Origin: an uncultured Ruminococcus sp.
Lineage (GTDB): Bacteria > Bacillota > Clostridia > Oscillospirales > Acutalibacteraceae
DNA: 64,000 nt
Assembly (NCBI GenBank): GCA_902800065.1
Contig: CADCDE010000002.1
Span: forward strand, 107,043 to 171,042
Direction: 5' to 3'
Made by a program: the position numbers and the translations under genes. Below the pieces are notes generated by a model. The model made no database searches, was not told the origin of the DNA, and saw nothing but the letters and a program-made list of their open reading frames with translations. Below, piece by piece: positions 44,550 to 52,475 of the stretch (its first letter is position 1; every line of letters begins with the position of its first letter).

Positions 44550-46022
44550 ATGATAAGACATTCAATGGAAGAAAACAGATTCGCAACAAGGGAAGAATTT
44601 TTACAGGGACTCCACAGGGAAAAAATGGGCGAGCTTACATCAATGTCAGGTGTACCGCTTTACAATCATAACGGTGAGGTATACACCGACACGACCGACA
44701 GCCATACTCTTATATTCGGAAATACGGGTACAAAGAAAACAAGAAATTTCTGCATACCGTCAGTCTATTCGATAGGTGCTTCAGGTGAATCAATGATAAT
44801 AACCGATCCGAAGGGCGAGATATACAAGAATACATCAGGATTTCTTGCCAATCAGGGTTATGATATACAGGTACTCAATTTCAGAGATACCGAGTACAGT
44901 ATACGCTGGAATCCGCTCGAGATACCATATAATTATTACAAAAACGGAGCAAAGGACAAAGCTATAGAAATGATAACCGACTTTGCAATACAGCTCAAGG
45001 CTCCCGTACACAGTGACAAGGATGTTTACTGGGAAAATCAGGCAGTAGATATGTTTGTCGGATTGGTGCTTATAGTATTTGAATGTGAGAAGGAGGCAAG
45101 CAAGGTCAATCTCAAGAGTGTACAGGGACTGAGAATGTATCTTGATGTCAGCGGAAAGGGCAGTGAGCAGGAGGTATTCTGGGATCTGTACAATACCTTC
45201 CCCGAAAACAGCGTTATCAGATACAAATTGGGAACTCTTTATTCACTCAGGAATACAGAGAAGACCTTCTCAAGCATAGTCAGTGTGTTTGACGGAATGA
45301 TGAGTATGTTCCTTTTCAATGACAGGATAATGTCGATGCTTTCTGCATCGGATATAGATATAAGAGAGCTTGGAGACAGAAAAACGGCATTCTATATTAT
45401 AATACCTGATGAGAAAACGACCTTCCATTTCCTTGTCAGCGTGTTCGTCAAGCAGTGCTATGAATGTCTGATAAGCAGTGCCCATAAGAATTCAAACGGA
45501 CAGATAAAGATAAGAATGAATTTTGTACTTGATGAATTCTCGAATTTCCCGAAAATATCAGATATGCCTGCAATGATATCGGCTGCAAGAAGCAGAAATA
45601 TCAGATTTATACTTATAGTACAGAGCAAACAGCAGCTTACATCAATGTACGGCGGAGATGCCGAGACCATCAAATCAAACTGCCGCAACTGGATATTCCT
45701 TGCCTGCAGGGAGATAGGACTCCTTGACGAGATATCAAGCCTTTGCGGCAGTGTCTATACAAGCGATAAGGGCGAGGTACCGCTCCTTAACATAACACAG
45801 CTTCAGAGCCTGAAAATAGGCTGGACAGATAGTCAGGCACTTATCCTCAGAACAGGTGTAAGACCTTACATAACAAATGTCAAGGATTTCTCCGTATATC
45901 CGCAGTCAGGATATCCATTTGTGAGATACAAAAAGAAGCCCATGAAGGATGTAGAGACCTTTTCTGCAGTAAAATATATGTATGACTTTGTTGATTCAAA
46001 GTTAAAGAAAGGCGGAAGATAA
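44550..46022 (+). CDS. Soluble VirD4/TraG/TraD-type coupling-protein-like ATPase, operon gene B
   Basis: Walker A LIFGNTGTKKTRN (44718-44741), ITDPKGEIY, Walker B-like FVLDEFSNF, and SAARSRNIRFILIVQSKQQL (TraG-D_C-like). No N-terminal TM. Confidence 0.8.
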   Translation: MIRHSMEENRFATREEFLQGLHREKMGELTSMSGVPLYNHNGEVYTDTTDSHTLIFGNTGTKKTRNFCIPSVYSIGASGESMIITDPKGEIYKNTSGFLANQGYDIQVLNFRDTEYSIRWNPLEIPYNYYKNGAKDKAIEMITDFAIQLKAPVHSDKDVYWENQAVDMFVGLVLIVFECEKEASKVNLKSVQGLRMYLDVSGKGSEQEVFWDLYNTFPENSVIRYKLGTLYSLRNTEKTFSSIVSVFDGMMSMFLFNDRIMSMLSASDIDIRELGDRKTAFYIIIPDEKTTFHFLVSVFVKQCYECLISSAHKNSNGQIKIRMNFVLDEFSNFPKISDMPAMISAARSRNIRFILIVQSKQQLTSMYGGDAETIKSNCRNWIFLACREIGLLDEISSLCGSVYTSDKGEVPLLNITQLQSLKIGWTDSQALILRTGVRPYITNVKDFSVYPQSGYPFVRYKKKPMKDVETFSAVKYMYDFVDSKLKKGGR

Positions 46023-46023
46023 A

Positions 46024-46890
46024 ATGTTTGAAGGCATATCAAAAGAGATGATGAAGGTATTTGAACACAGCCTTGACAGCAAGGCAATTTTGAATCTTTC
46101 ACCTGTATACCTGTTTTCACTTGACGGTGTCAGCGATGAGTATATAACCGAAAATCTCAAGGAACTCCTTATAGATTTTGAAAAAAAAGAGATTTTTTTG
46201 GCAAACAACGATGATATCATATATCTGAATCAGGAATATGGTACAGCAAGCTATGAGATAACAGAGAATCTCGGATTATCCGACGAGTGCGGAAAGTTCA
46301 AGAAAACGCTTGACCAGTGGCTGACCGAGATAAATCTGAAGTGTTATGTGTCACAGGGAATAGTTCTTATAAAAATAAATGAAACAGAAGGTATATCATC
46401 AAAGTCAGTATGGTGGAAAAGGCTGATTGCCAATATAAACCGTTTCAAAAAGGACTATCTGTTCATGATACAGACAGATACAGAGAACTTTGACAAGGTA
46501 TATGATTTTATCAATAGTGAGATATTTTGTCAGAAGCTGGTTATAGAGTCACCGAACAGCGAAAAATATTTTGATATTTTTATCCGTAATCTCGATAAAT
46601 ATAAACTGAGTCTCGACAGTCAGGGCAGAAAGAAGCTCAAGAAAATCATTCTTGCAAATATTGACAGTCTTGATACAAAGAGATTCATCAAATGGGAGCA
46701 GGAAATCATCTGGAAATATATGGTCAATTTCGATGGGGAATCAAAGAAAGAGGAATTCATGTGGTATGAAAGACAGAATACAGAGGAAAACGACGTATTA
46801 AGGACTGTTTTGCCATGTGAATATATAAATGATGACGGATTGAAAGAAACAACTTCATCTGGCAAAGAATTGACAAGATTAGGCTTCTGA
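46024..46890 (+). CDS. Hypothetical protein, possible degenerate SpoVK/CbbX-type AAA+ domain (P-loop lost), operon gene C
   Basis: ATG lies 1 nt after the gene B stop. The by-eye alignment to the SpoVK core places LFSLDGVSDEY at GNPGTGKT, GIVLIKINETEG at GGILFIDEAY, and YLFMIQTDTENFDKVYDFINSEIFCQKLVIESP at the sensor region. Confidence 0.5.
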   Translation: MFEGISKEMMKVFEHSLDSKAILNLSPVYLFSLDGVSDEYITENLKELLIDFEKKEIFLANNDDIIYLNQEYGTASYEITENLGLSDECGKFKKTLDQWLTEINLKCYVSQGIVLIKINETEGISSKSVWWKRLIANINRFKKDYLFMIQTDTENFDKVYDFINSEIFCQKLVIESPNSEKYFDIFIRNLDKYKLSLDSQGRKKLKKIILANIDSLDTKRFIKWEQEIIWKYMVNFDGESKKEEFMWYERQNTEENDVLRTVLPCEYINDDGLKETTSSGKELTRLGF

Positions 46891-46896
46891 CAAAAA

Positions 46897-46934
46897 ATAG
46901 GGCTTTCAGTTACAGCAGTGACTGAAAGTCCTAT
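46897..46934. terminator. Bidirectional terminator between operon gene C and convergent metF
   Basis: atagggctttcagt / actgaaagtcctat 14-bp stem (one G-U pair) flanked by an A6 run and a T-rich run. Confidence 0.8.
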
Positions 46935-46940
46935 TTGTAT

Positions 46941-47831
46941 TTATCTGTTGAAATCCTTTCCCAAAATGTCGGAAAGATTATCTTTTATAGCCTTGGCAAC
47001 ATCAGGCTTGTTCATGGAATACACATGGACATTTGTTACGCCGTTTGCGTAGAGGTCGATTATCTGATCGGTTGCATATGCGATTCCTGCCTGTTTCATT
47101 GAAGATGGATCCTGACCGAAATAGTCCACAAGGCTTTTGAAACGCTGAGGCATGAACGAACCGGAGAGTTTTATTGCACGTTCCACCTGAGAGGCGTTTG
47201 TAATAGGCATTATTCCGGGGATTACAGGTACAGTTACACCTGCCTCACGCAGCTTATACATGAAGTTGAAAAACAGATTATTGTCAAATATCATCTGAGT
47301 TGTAAGAAAATCTGCACCTGCATCGACCTTTTCTTTCAGATGAAGGATATCTTCCTTCTGATTTCTGCTTTCGGGATGTATCTCAGGATAGCAGGCTGCA
47401 CCTATACAGAATTCATCTGAATATTCCTTAAGTTCTCTTATAAGCTGAACAGCATAGCAATAGTCCCATTGTGAGCGGTCTGTCTGTTCAAGCTCGGGGG
47501 TAAGGTCACCACGCAGAGCCATGATATTTTTTATACCTGCTTCACTGAGAGCCTTTATCTGTTCATGTACAGTTTCTTTGCTTGACGATACACAGGTAAG
47601 ATGAGCCAGAGTAGGCACACCGAATTTTTCCTTTATATTTTTGGCGATATCAAGTGTAAACTTGCTTGTACCGCCTCCTGCACCGTAGGTTACGCTCATG
47701 AATGAAGGACGATAGCCTGCAATTTCCTCGGTTGCAGCTTTCACACTTTCAAAGCCTGTTTCTCTTTTAGGCGGAAAGACCTCAAAGGAAAGCGACATAT
47801 TTTTTGTATTCAGTATATCCGTTATTTTCAT
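46941..47831 (-). CDS. metF: Methylenetetrahydrofolate reductase
   Basis: SFEVFPPK, SVTYGAGGGT, HLTC and a MetF-length TIM barrel. GGGAGA RBS. Confidence 0.9.
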   Translation of the reverse strand: MKITDILNTKNMSLSFEVFPPKRETGFESVKAATEEIAGYRPSFMSVTYGAGGGTSKFTLDIAKNIKEKFGVPTLAHLTCVSSSKETVHEQIKALSEAGIKNIMALRGDLTPELEQTDRSQWDYCYAVQLIRELKEYSDEFCIGAACYPEIHPESRNQKEDILHLKEKVDAGADFLTTQMIFDNNLFFNFMYKLREAGVTVPVIPGIMPITNASQVERAIKLSGSFMPQRFKSLVDYFGQDPSSMKQAGIAYATDQIIDLYANGVTNVHVYSMNKPDVAKAIKDNLSDILGKDFNR

Positions 47832-47961
47832 ATAATATTCTCCCTGTTATTTTTTCTTTTTATTATATCATAAATATCCGAAGTATGAAAGTTTTTTTTG
47901 ATATAAATAACGTGAGTTCGATATAACTGAAAAATATTCTGACAATGATGAAATGAAGTAT

Positions 47962-47987
47962 GTCATTCCGAACGCAGTGAGGAATCT
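47962..47987 (+). repeat. REP-like 26-nt repeat copy (with degenerate inverted arm to about 48020)
   Basis: GTCATTCCGAACGCAGTGAGGAATCT. Confidence 0.85.
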
Positions 47988-48196
47988 TCAAAAGATTCTT
48001 CGTTAAATAAAAAACGTGATGCAGTATCTTGAGTATCAAATACTGTATCACGTTTGGCTTTTTTTCTGTTGTATATCTTTTTGTTTTCAGAGCATTTTGT
48101 GACGGGATCGGTCAAACCCCATGTGTTTCTTTTGGCTTTGTTAAGCTCTTTCTGTTTTTTCTTTGAGAGCTTCTCAAAGGGAACAAATTTTTCCAT
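47963..48196 (-). CDS. Small basic protein (MEKFVPFEKLSKKKQKELNKAKRNTWG...), C-terminus read through a terminator and REP
   Basis: GAGGT RBS. The N-terminal roughly 45 aa look like a small conserved clostridial protein (from recollection only). The last roughly 30 codons overlap the hairpin and the repeat. Confidence 0.45.
   Translation of the reverse strand: MEKFVPFEKLSKKKQKELNKAKRNTWGLTDPVTKCSENKKIYNRKKAKRDTVFDTQDTASRFLFNEESFEDSSLRSE
48004..48051 (-). terminator. Rho-independent terminator ending the ABC-exporter/small-gene transcription unit
   Basis: Minus strand CGTGATACAGTAT / ATACTGCATCACG stem followed by TTTTTTATTT. Confidence 0.7.
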
Positions 48197-48271
48197 AAAA
48201 CAATACCTCTTTTCAAAAAATATATTTTGTAAGAGGTATTATAATAATTATTTTATGATTTGTCAAGAGTT

Positions 48272-51200
48272 TTATTCAATACTTTTGAGAGATTCTACCA
48301 TGCTTATTTTGTTCATCTTGAAGTACATTATGAAATTAACGAGCATTGAAAAGGCAAATGTCAGTATGAATCCCCATACATAGCTTACAGGTTTTACTAT
48401 ATTCGGGAACATTACATTGTTCATTTGTATTGATTCAACAATGAAGCCAGTGAACAGTGAGCCTAAGAATAAACCTCCGACTGCACCGAAAAGTGTAAGG
48501 ATTATATTCTCACGGTAGATATAATTAGCCGTCTCAAGACTGTAAAAGCCAAGTACTTTTATAGTAGCAATTTCACGCACTCTTTCGGCTATATTTATAT
48601 TTGTCAGATTGTAGAGGACTACCATTGCCAGAAGACCTGCACAGAATATCATAACGAATGTCACTATATTGAGCGAATCAAGTGTACTCATGATAGCCTC
48701 GACCTGTTCAGAGATGAGCGATACAGTGATGATATCGTCATATTTCATATAGTCGTTTGCAATGTCATGCTGATTGTTTTTATAATTTTCCGTTACAGAT
48801 GTGACAATGACATTGTATTTTATATCATCTCCTGTGATATTTTTATAGAATTCAGGAGTCATATAGATGAAATTACCGGCGTAATTTTCTGTTATACCAG
48901 ATACAGTGCAGTTATAAAAAATTTCGTCTATCTTGATATTTATGGTATCACCTTTTTTTATTTTCAGGACATCGCTCATTCTTTCGTCAATTACAATGGA
49001 ACTATCATCAAGTTCAATGGGAGTATGGGTGAGCCTGTCACGGAGAGTGAACATTCTTTTGAAATCGTCATAGTTTTCGCCGATTACAATTCTTGAATTG
49101 AGTGAGGTGTTTGATTTTTTTGAATTTACATTACTACTGAAGCCCATATATGAAAGCATGGAATTATCGAATCTTTCATCATTTTGAAATTTTGAGATTA
49201 CATCATTTTTTTCTTGTGCAGTTCCTGCTTCTGAAAGGGCATATATCTGTTCATAGTGTGATATATCGACATATTGCAGGTCGCCTATGACGGTTATAGA
49301 ATCACGCAATCCGAATCCTGCCACTATAAGAGCGGTACAGCCTGCAACTCCGATGACTGTCATTAAAAATCTTGCTTTGTATCTGAAAAGATTTCGTGCA
49401 GTTACCTTTGAAGTGAAGCTCATATTTTTCCAGACAGGAGTAATATATTCAAGCATGATTCTTTTACCGGGCTTTGGTGCTTTGGGACGCATAAGCGTTG
49501 CGGGATTGAGTTTAAGGTCTTTGCGACAGGCAATGAATGCCACAAGGCATATGCACATTACCGCAACTATTGATGATACAAAAAAATCCGCCTGTGAAAC
49601 GACAATTTTGGTTTCGGGGAGCATATACATAATGCCGTATGTATCAACGATAATTTTTGGGAGAGTGATAACTCCTAAAAATCCTCCGACAATACATCCT
49701 CCTATTCCGGCAGTACTTCCGTATATGAGATATTTTGAGGATATATCCCTGTCGGAATAACCCAGAGCTTTGAGAGTACCTGTTTCGGTGCGTCTTTCCT
49801 CGACCATTCTCGACATAGTAGTAAGGCATACCAATGAAGCGACTATAAGGAAGAATAATGGGAATACCTTGGCGATATTGTCCACACGCTGTGCATCCTC
49901 GACTAATCCCGAATAACCGGGGTTGTCGTCACGGTCATATATATACCATTCGGCATTGTTCAGCTTGTCTATCTTATCTTGTGCATCGGATAATTCCTTT
50001 TCAGCTTGTGAAAGCTGTTCATTGGCTTCAGTTTTTCCGTTTTCAATTTCCGCTTTTGCAGAGTTTAACTGTTCAAGAGCCTTTTGTTTTTCGGATTCAA
50101 GTTTTTCCCTGCCCTGCTTTATTTTCTTTTCGCCTATTGTAACTTCTGTTTCAAGCATTTTGATATCAAAATTGCTTGATGAAGTTATATTGTTGTATTC
50201 AGCCTGAGTTTCATTGAGTTTCAGTTCAGCACTGTTCAGTTGATTTTTTGCATTTTTAAGTTTTTCGGAAAGAGAGTTTTTTTCATTTTCGAGATTTTGT
50301 TTAGCTTCATTGAACTGCTTTTCAGTATTTTTGAATTCCTGTTCATAGACTGAAAATTCTTCCGACAATTCATTATATTGCTTTTGATATTTTGGGATAT
50401 CCTTCTGATATTCCTGTATTTTGCTTTCAAGCCTTCGAGTATCGAGTCCGAGAGATATCCTTGTTTGTATGGAATTTTGATTTATTTCTGTTTGAGCGTT
50501 CAGAAAATCAATTTTTGATTGCAGAGAATTCAGTTGTTGTTCAAAGAGAGGTTTTGTCTGCTTGTAAAAAATATTGTATTTCTGCTGAAAGTCTTTTTGA
50601 GCGTCATCAAGAGATTTTTGAATATTTTTGATATTGATGTCATATTCAGACTTTAATTTATTGTATTCTGCTGATTTGTTTTCAAATCGGGTTTTGGCGT
50701 AATTTAAATTTTTTTCTGCATTGGAAAGTTTTTGATTATATTCATTTCGGGCATTGATAAGTTCATTTTTGAGTTTGTCAATTTCCTTCTGACCGTCATC
50801 CAATTGCTTTTGTCCTTCGGCAAGTTTTTCATTTAATTCCTTTTCGCCCTTTGAAATTTCTTTTTCACCGTCAGATATTTTTTGCATGACCTCGGATTTT
50901 TTTTCATTGAACTCTTTTTTGGCATCGGATAATTTCTTTTTTGCATCATACAGTGTTTCGGAATTGAAGCGGTCTATGCAGTCAAAGGAAAGTGCTTCAA
51001 GAATGTCGGATTCATCCTGTATCATATTTTTATATTCGTCCGAAAATGCAGAGATATCCGACTGAGAGGCTTTTGTTTTTATGAAGATTTTGGTGTATCT
51101 TTCGGGAATGAATTCCTCAGGTCTTACGATGATGTAAAAGGAAATACTGCCGTTGCCGATATTGGTATTTCCACGGGTATAGGTTACATAAAGCGGAGAA

Positions 51201-51736
51201 TCGGCAATACCGACTATTTTATATTCATTGTTTTTGAGCATACTGTTGTCCTGTGAAGTGAACTTTACAGTATCACCAATCTTTGTACCTGAAAGTTTTG
51301 CATAATAGCTTTCAATAAGACATTCGCCGTCATTTTGTGGAAGTGTGCCTTCCTTTAGCATCGGAGTATTTATATTTGAATTTTTGTCAGAGAGTGCAAT
51401 GATTCTCGCTACATTGTCAACATCACCTTCACTGACTATCATATCCGCCATATAAGAAGGCATTACGGCTTCAACGAAATCGAGTTTTTTTATTGCATCT
51501 ATATCATTGTCATCAAAGCCTATAGTTGAGATAATACTGAAATCCATAAGATTATTGTCGTCAAAGTATCTCTGTGCAGTTTCAAGCATACTCGGACAGG
51601 CTGATTTTACTCCAGTAAAAAATCCCACACTTATTCCTATAATGGCGAATATCGAAATAAAACGTGACTTTGTGCGGGATATTTCCCTGATAATATTTTT
51701 TCTTAATGCTTTCTTTTTATTTCCTTTTTCTTTCAT
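48272..51736 (-). CDS. MacB/FtsX-type ABC permease with duplicated FtsX modules and a coiled-coil insertion of about 330 aa in the first extracytoplasmic domain
   Basis: Two sets of FtsX-like TM bundles (TETGTLKALGYS and REIATIKVLGFY motifs). Residues about 255-590 are heptad-like K/E/Q/N-rich. Confidence 0.85.
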   Translation of the reverse strand: MKEKGNKKKALRKNIIREISRTKSRFISIFAIIGISVGFFTGVKSACPSMLETAQRYFDDNNLMDFSIISTIGFDDNDIDAIKKLDFVEAVMPSYMADMIVSEGDVDNVARIIALSDKNSNINTPMLKEGTLPQNDGECLIESYYAKLSGTKIGDTVKFTSQDNSMLKNNEYKIVGIADSPLYVTYTRGNTNIGNGSISFYIIVRPEEFIPERYTKIFIKTKASQSDISAFSDEYKNMIQDESDILEALSFDCIDRFNSETLYDAKKKLSDAKKEFNEKKSEVMQKISDGEKEISKGEKELNEKLAEGQKQLDDGQKEIDKLKNELINARNEYNQKLSNAEKNLNYAKTRFENKSAEYNKLKSEYDINIKNIQKSLDDAQKDFQQKYNIFYKQTKPLFEQQLNSLQSKIDFLNAQTEINQNSIQTRISLGLDTRRLESKIQEYQKDIPKYQKQYNELSEEFSVYEQEFKNTEKQFNEAKQNLENEKNSLSEKLKNAKNQLNSAELKLNETQAEYNNITSSSNFDIKMLETEVTIGEKKIKQGREKLESEKQKALEQLNSAKAEIENGKTEANEQLSQAEKELSDAQDKIDKLNNAEWYIYDRDDNPGYSGLVEDAQRVDNIAKVFPLFFLIVASLVCLTTMSRMVEERRTETGTLKALGYSDRDISSKYLIYGSTAGIGGCIVGGFLGVITLPKIIVDTYGIMYMLPETKIVVSQADFFVSSIVAVMCICLVAFIACRKDLKLNPATLMRPKAPKPGKRIMLEYITPVWKNMSFTSKVTARNLFRYKARFLMTVIGVAGCTALIVAGFGLRDSITVIGDLQYVDISHYEQIYALSEAGTAQEKNDVISKFQNDERFDNSMLSYMGFSSNVNSKKSNTSLNSRIVIGENYDDFKRMFTLRDRLTHTPIELDDSSIVIDERMSDVLKIKKGDTINIKIDEIFYNCTVSGITENYAGNFIYMTPEFYKNITGDDIKYNVIVTSVTENYKNNQHDIANDYMKYDDIITVSLISEQVEAIMSTLDSLNIVTFVMIFCAGLLAMVVLYNLTNINIAERVREIATIKVLGFYSLETANYIYRENIILTLFGAVGGLFLGSLFTGFIVESIQMNNVMFPNIVKPVSYVWGFILTFAFSMLVNFIMYFKMNKISMVESLKSIE

Positions 51737-51742
51737 TCATCA

Positions 51743-52450
51743 TCACCATTCTATTTGGTCGATAGGAAGTGGATTGGGGTTTATAACATTGCTTATGACC
51801 TTACCGCTACGCATATTTATCACACGGTTAGCCATAGGAGTTATCGCTGAATTGTGAGTTATCAATATGACAGTCATACCATCTTCAATACATTTTGTCT
51901 GCAATAGTTTTAAGATATTTTTGCCTGTATTGTAGTCCAAAGCACCTGTCGGTTCATCACATAAAAGGAGTTTAGGTTTTTTGGCTAAAGCTCGTGCAAT
52001 GGAAACTCTCTGCTGTTCACCGCCGGAAAGCTGTGACGGAAAATTGTTTTTTCTTTCGGAGAGTCCCACACTGTCAAGCACTGCATCAGCATCAAGATGA
52101 TCATTGCATATCTGAGTAGCAAGCTCTACATTTTCTTTAGCTGTGAGATTGGGGATAAGATTGTAGAACTGAAATACAAAGCCAATGTCATACCGCCTGT
52201 ATGAAGCAAGGTCATGTTTGTTGAGATGACTTATATCCTTACCGCCGACAATTATCTTACCCTCGTCACAACTGTCGATACCGCCGAGAATATTCAGGAC
52301 AGTAGTTTTGCCTGCACCGCTGAGTCCCACGACAACTGCAAATTCACCCTCGTCAACGGAAAATGTTACACCATCAGCGGCAGTTATAGTTACCTCACCC
52401 ATTTTATATCGTTTATAAACATTCTCGAATTTTACAAAGTCTTTTGTCAT
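51743..52450 (-). CDS. ABC transporter ATP-binding protein (MacB/LolD-like)
   Basis: GLSGAGKTT Walker [16 protein letters not shown] signature, [12 protein letters not shown] Walker B. Confidence 0.92.
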   Translation of the reverse strand: MTKDFVKFENVYKRYKMGEVTITAADGVTFSVDEGEFAVVVGLSGAGKTTVLNILGGIDSCDEGKIIVGGKDISHLNKHDLASYRRYDIGFVFQFYNLIPNLTAKENVELATQICNDHLDADAVLDSVGLSERKNNFPSQLSGGEQQRVSIARALAKKPKLLLCDEPTGALDYNTGKNILKLLQTKCIEDGMTVILITHNSAITPMANRVINMRSGKVISNVINPNPLPIDQIEW

Positions 52451-52475
52451 TCTTTTACTTCTAACTCCTCACTTC

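Noticed and set aside
43739-46940. I considered calling the T4CP-like operon an integrated conjugative or mobilisable element.
   Set aside because: No integrase, relaxase, VirB4, replication genes, tRNA target or flanking direct repeats are visible. I therefore kept it as a finding about an orphan operon, not a mobile_element feature.
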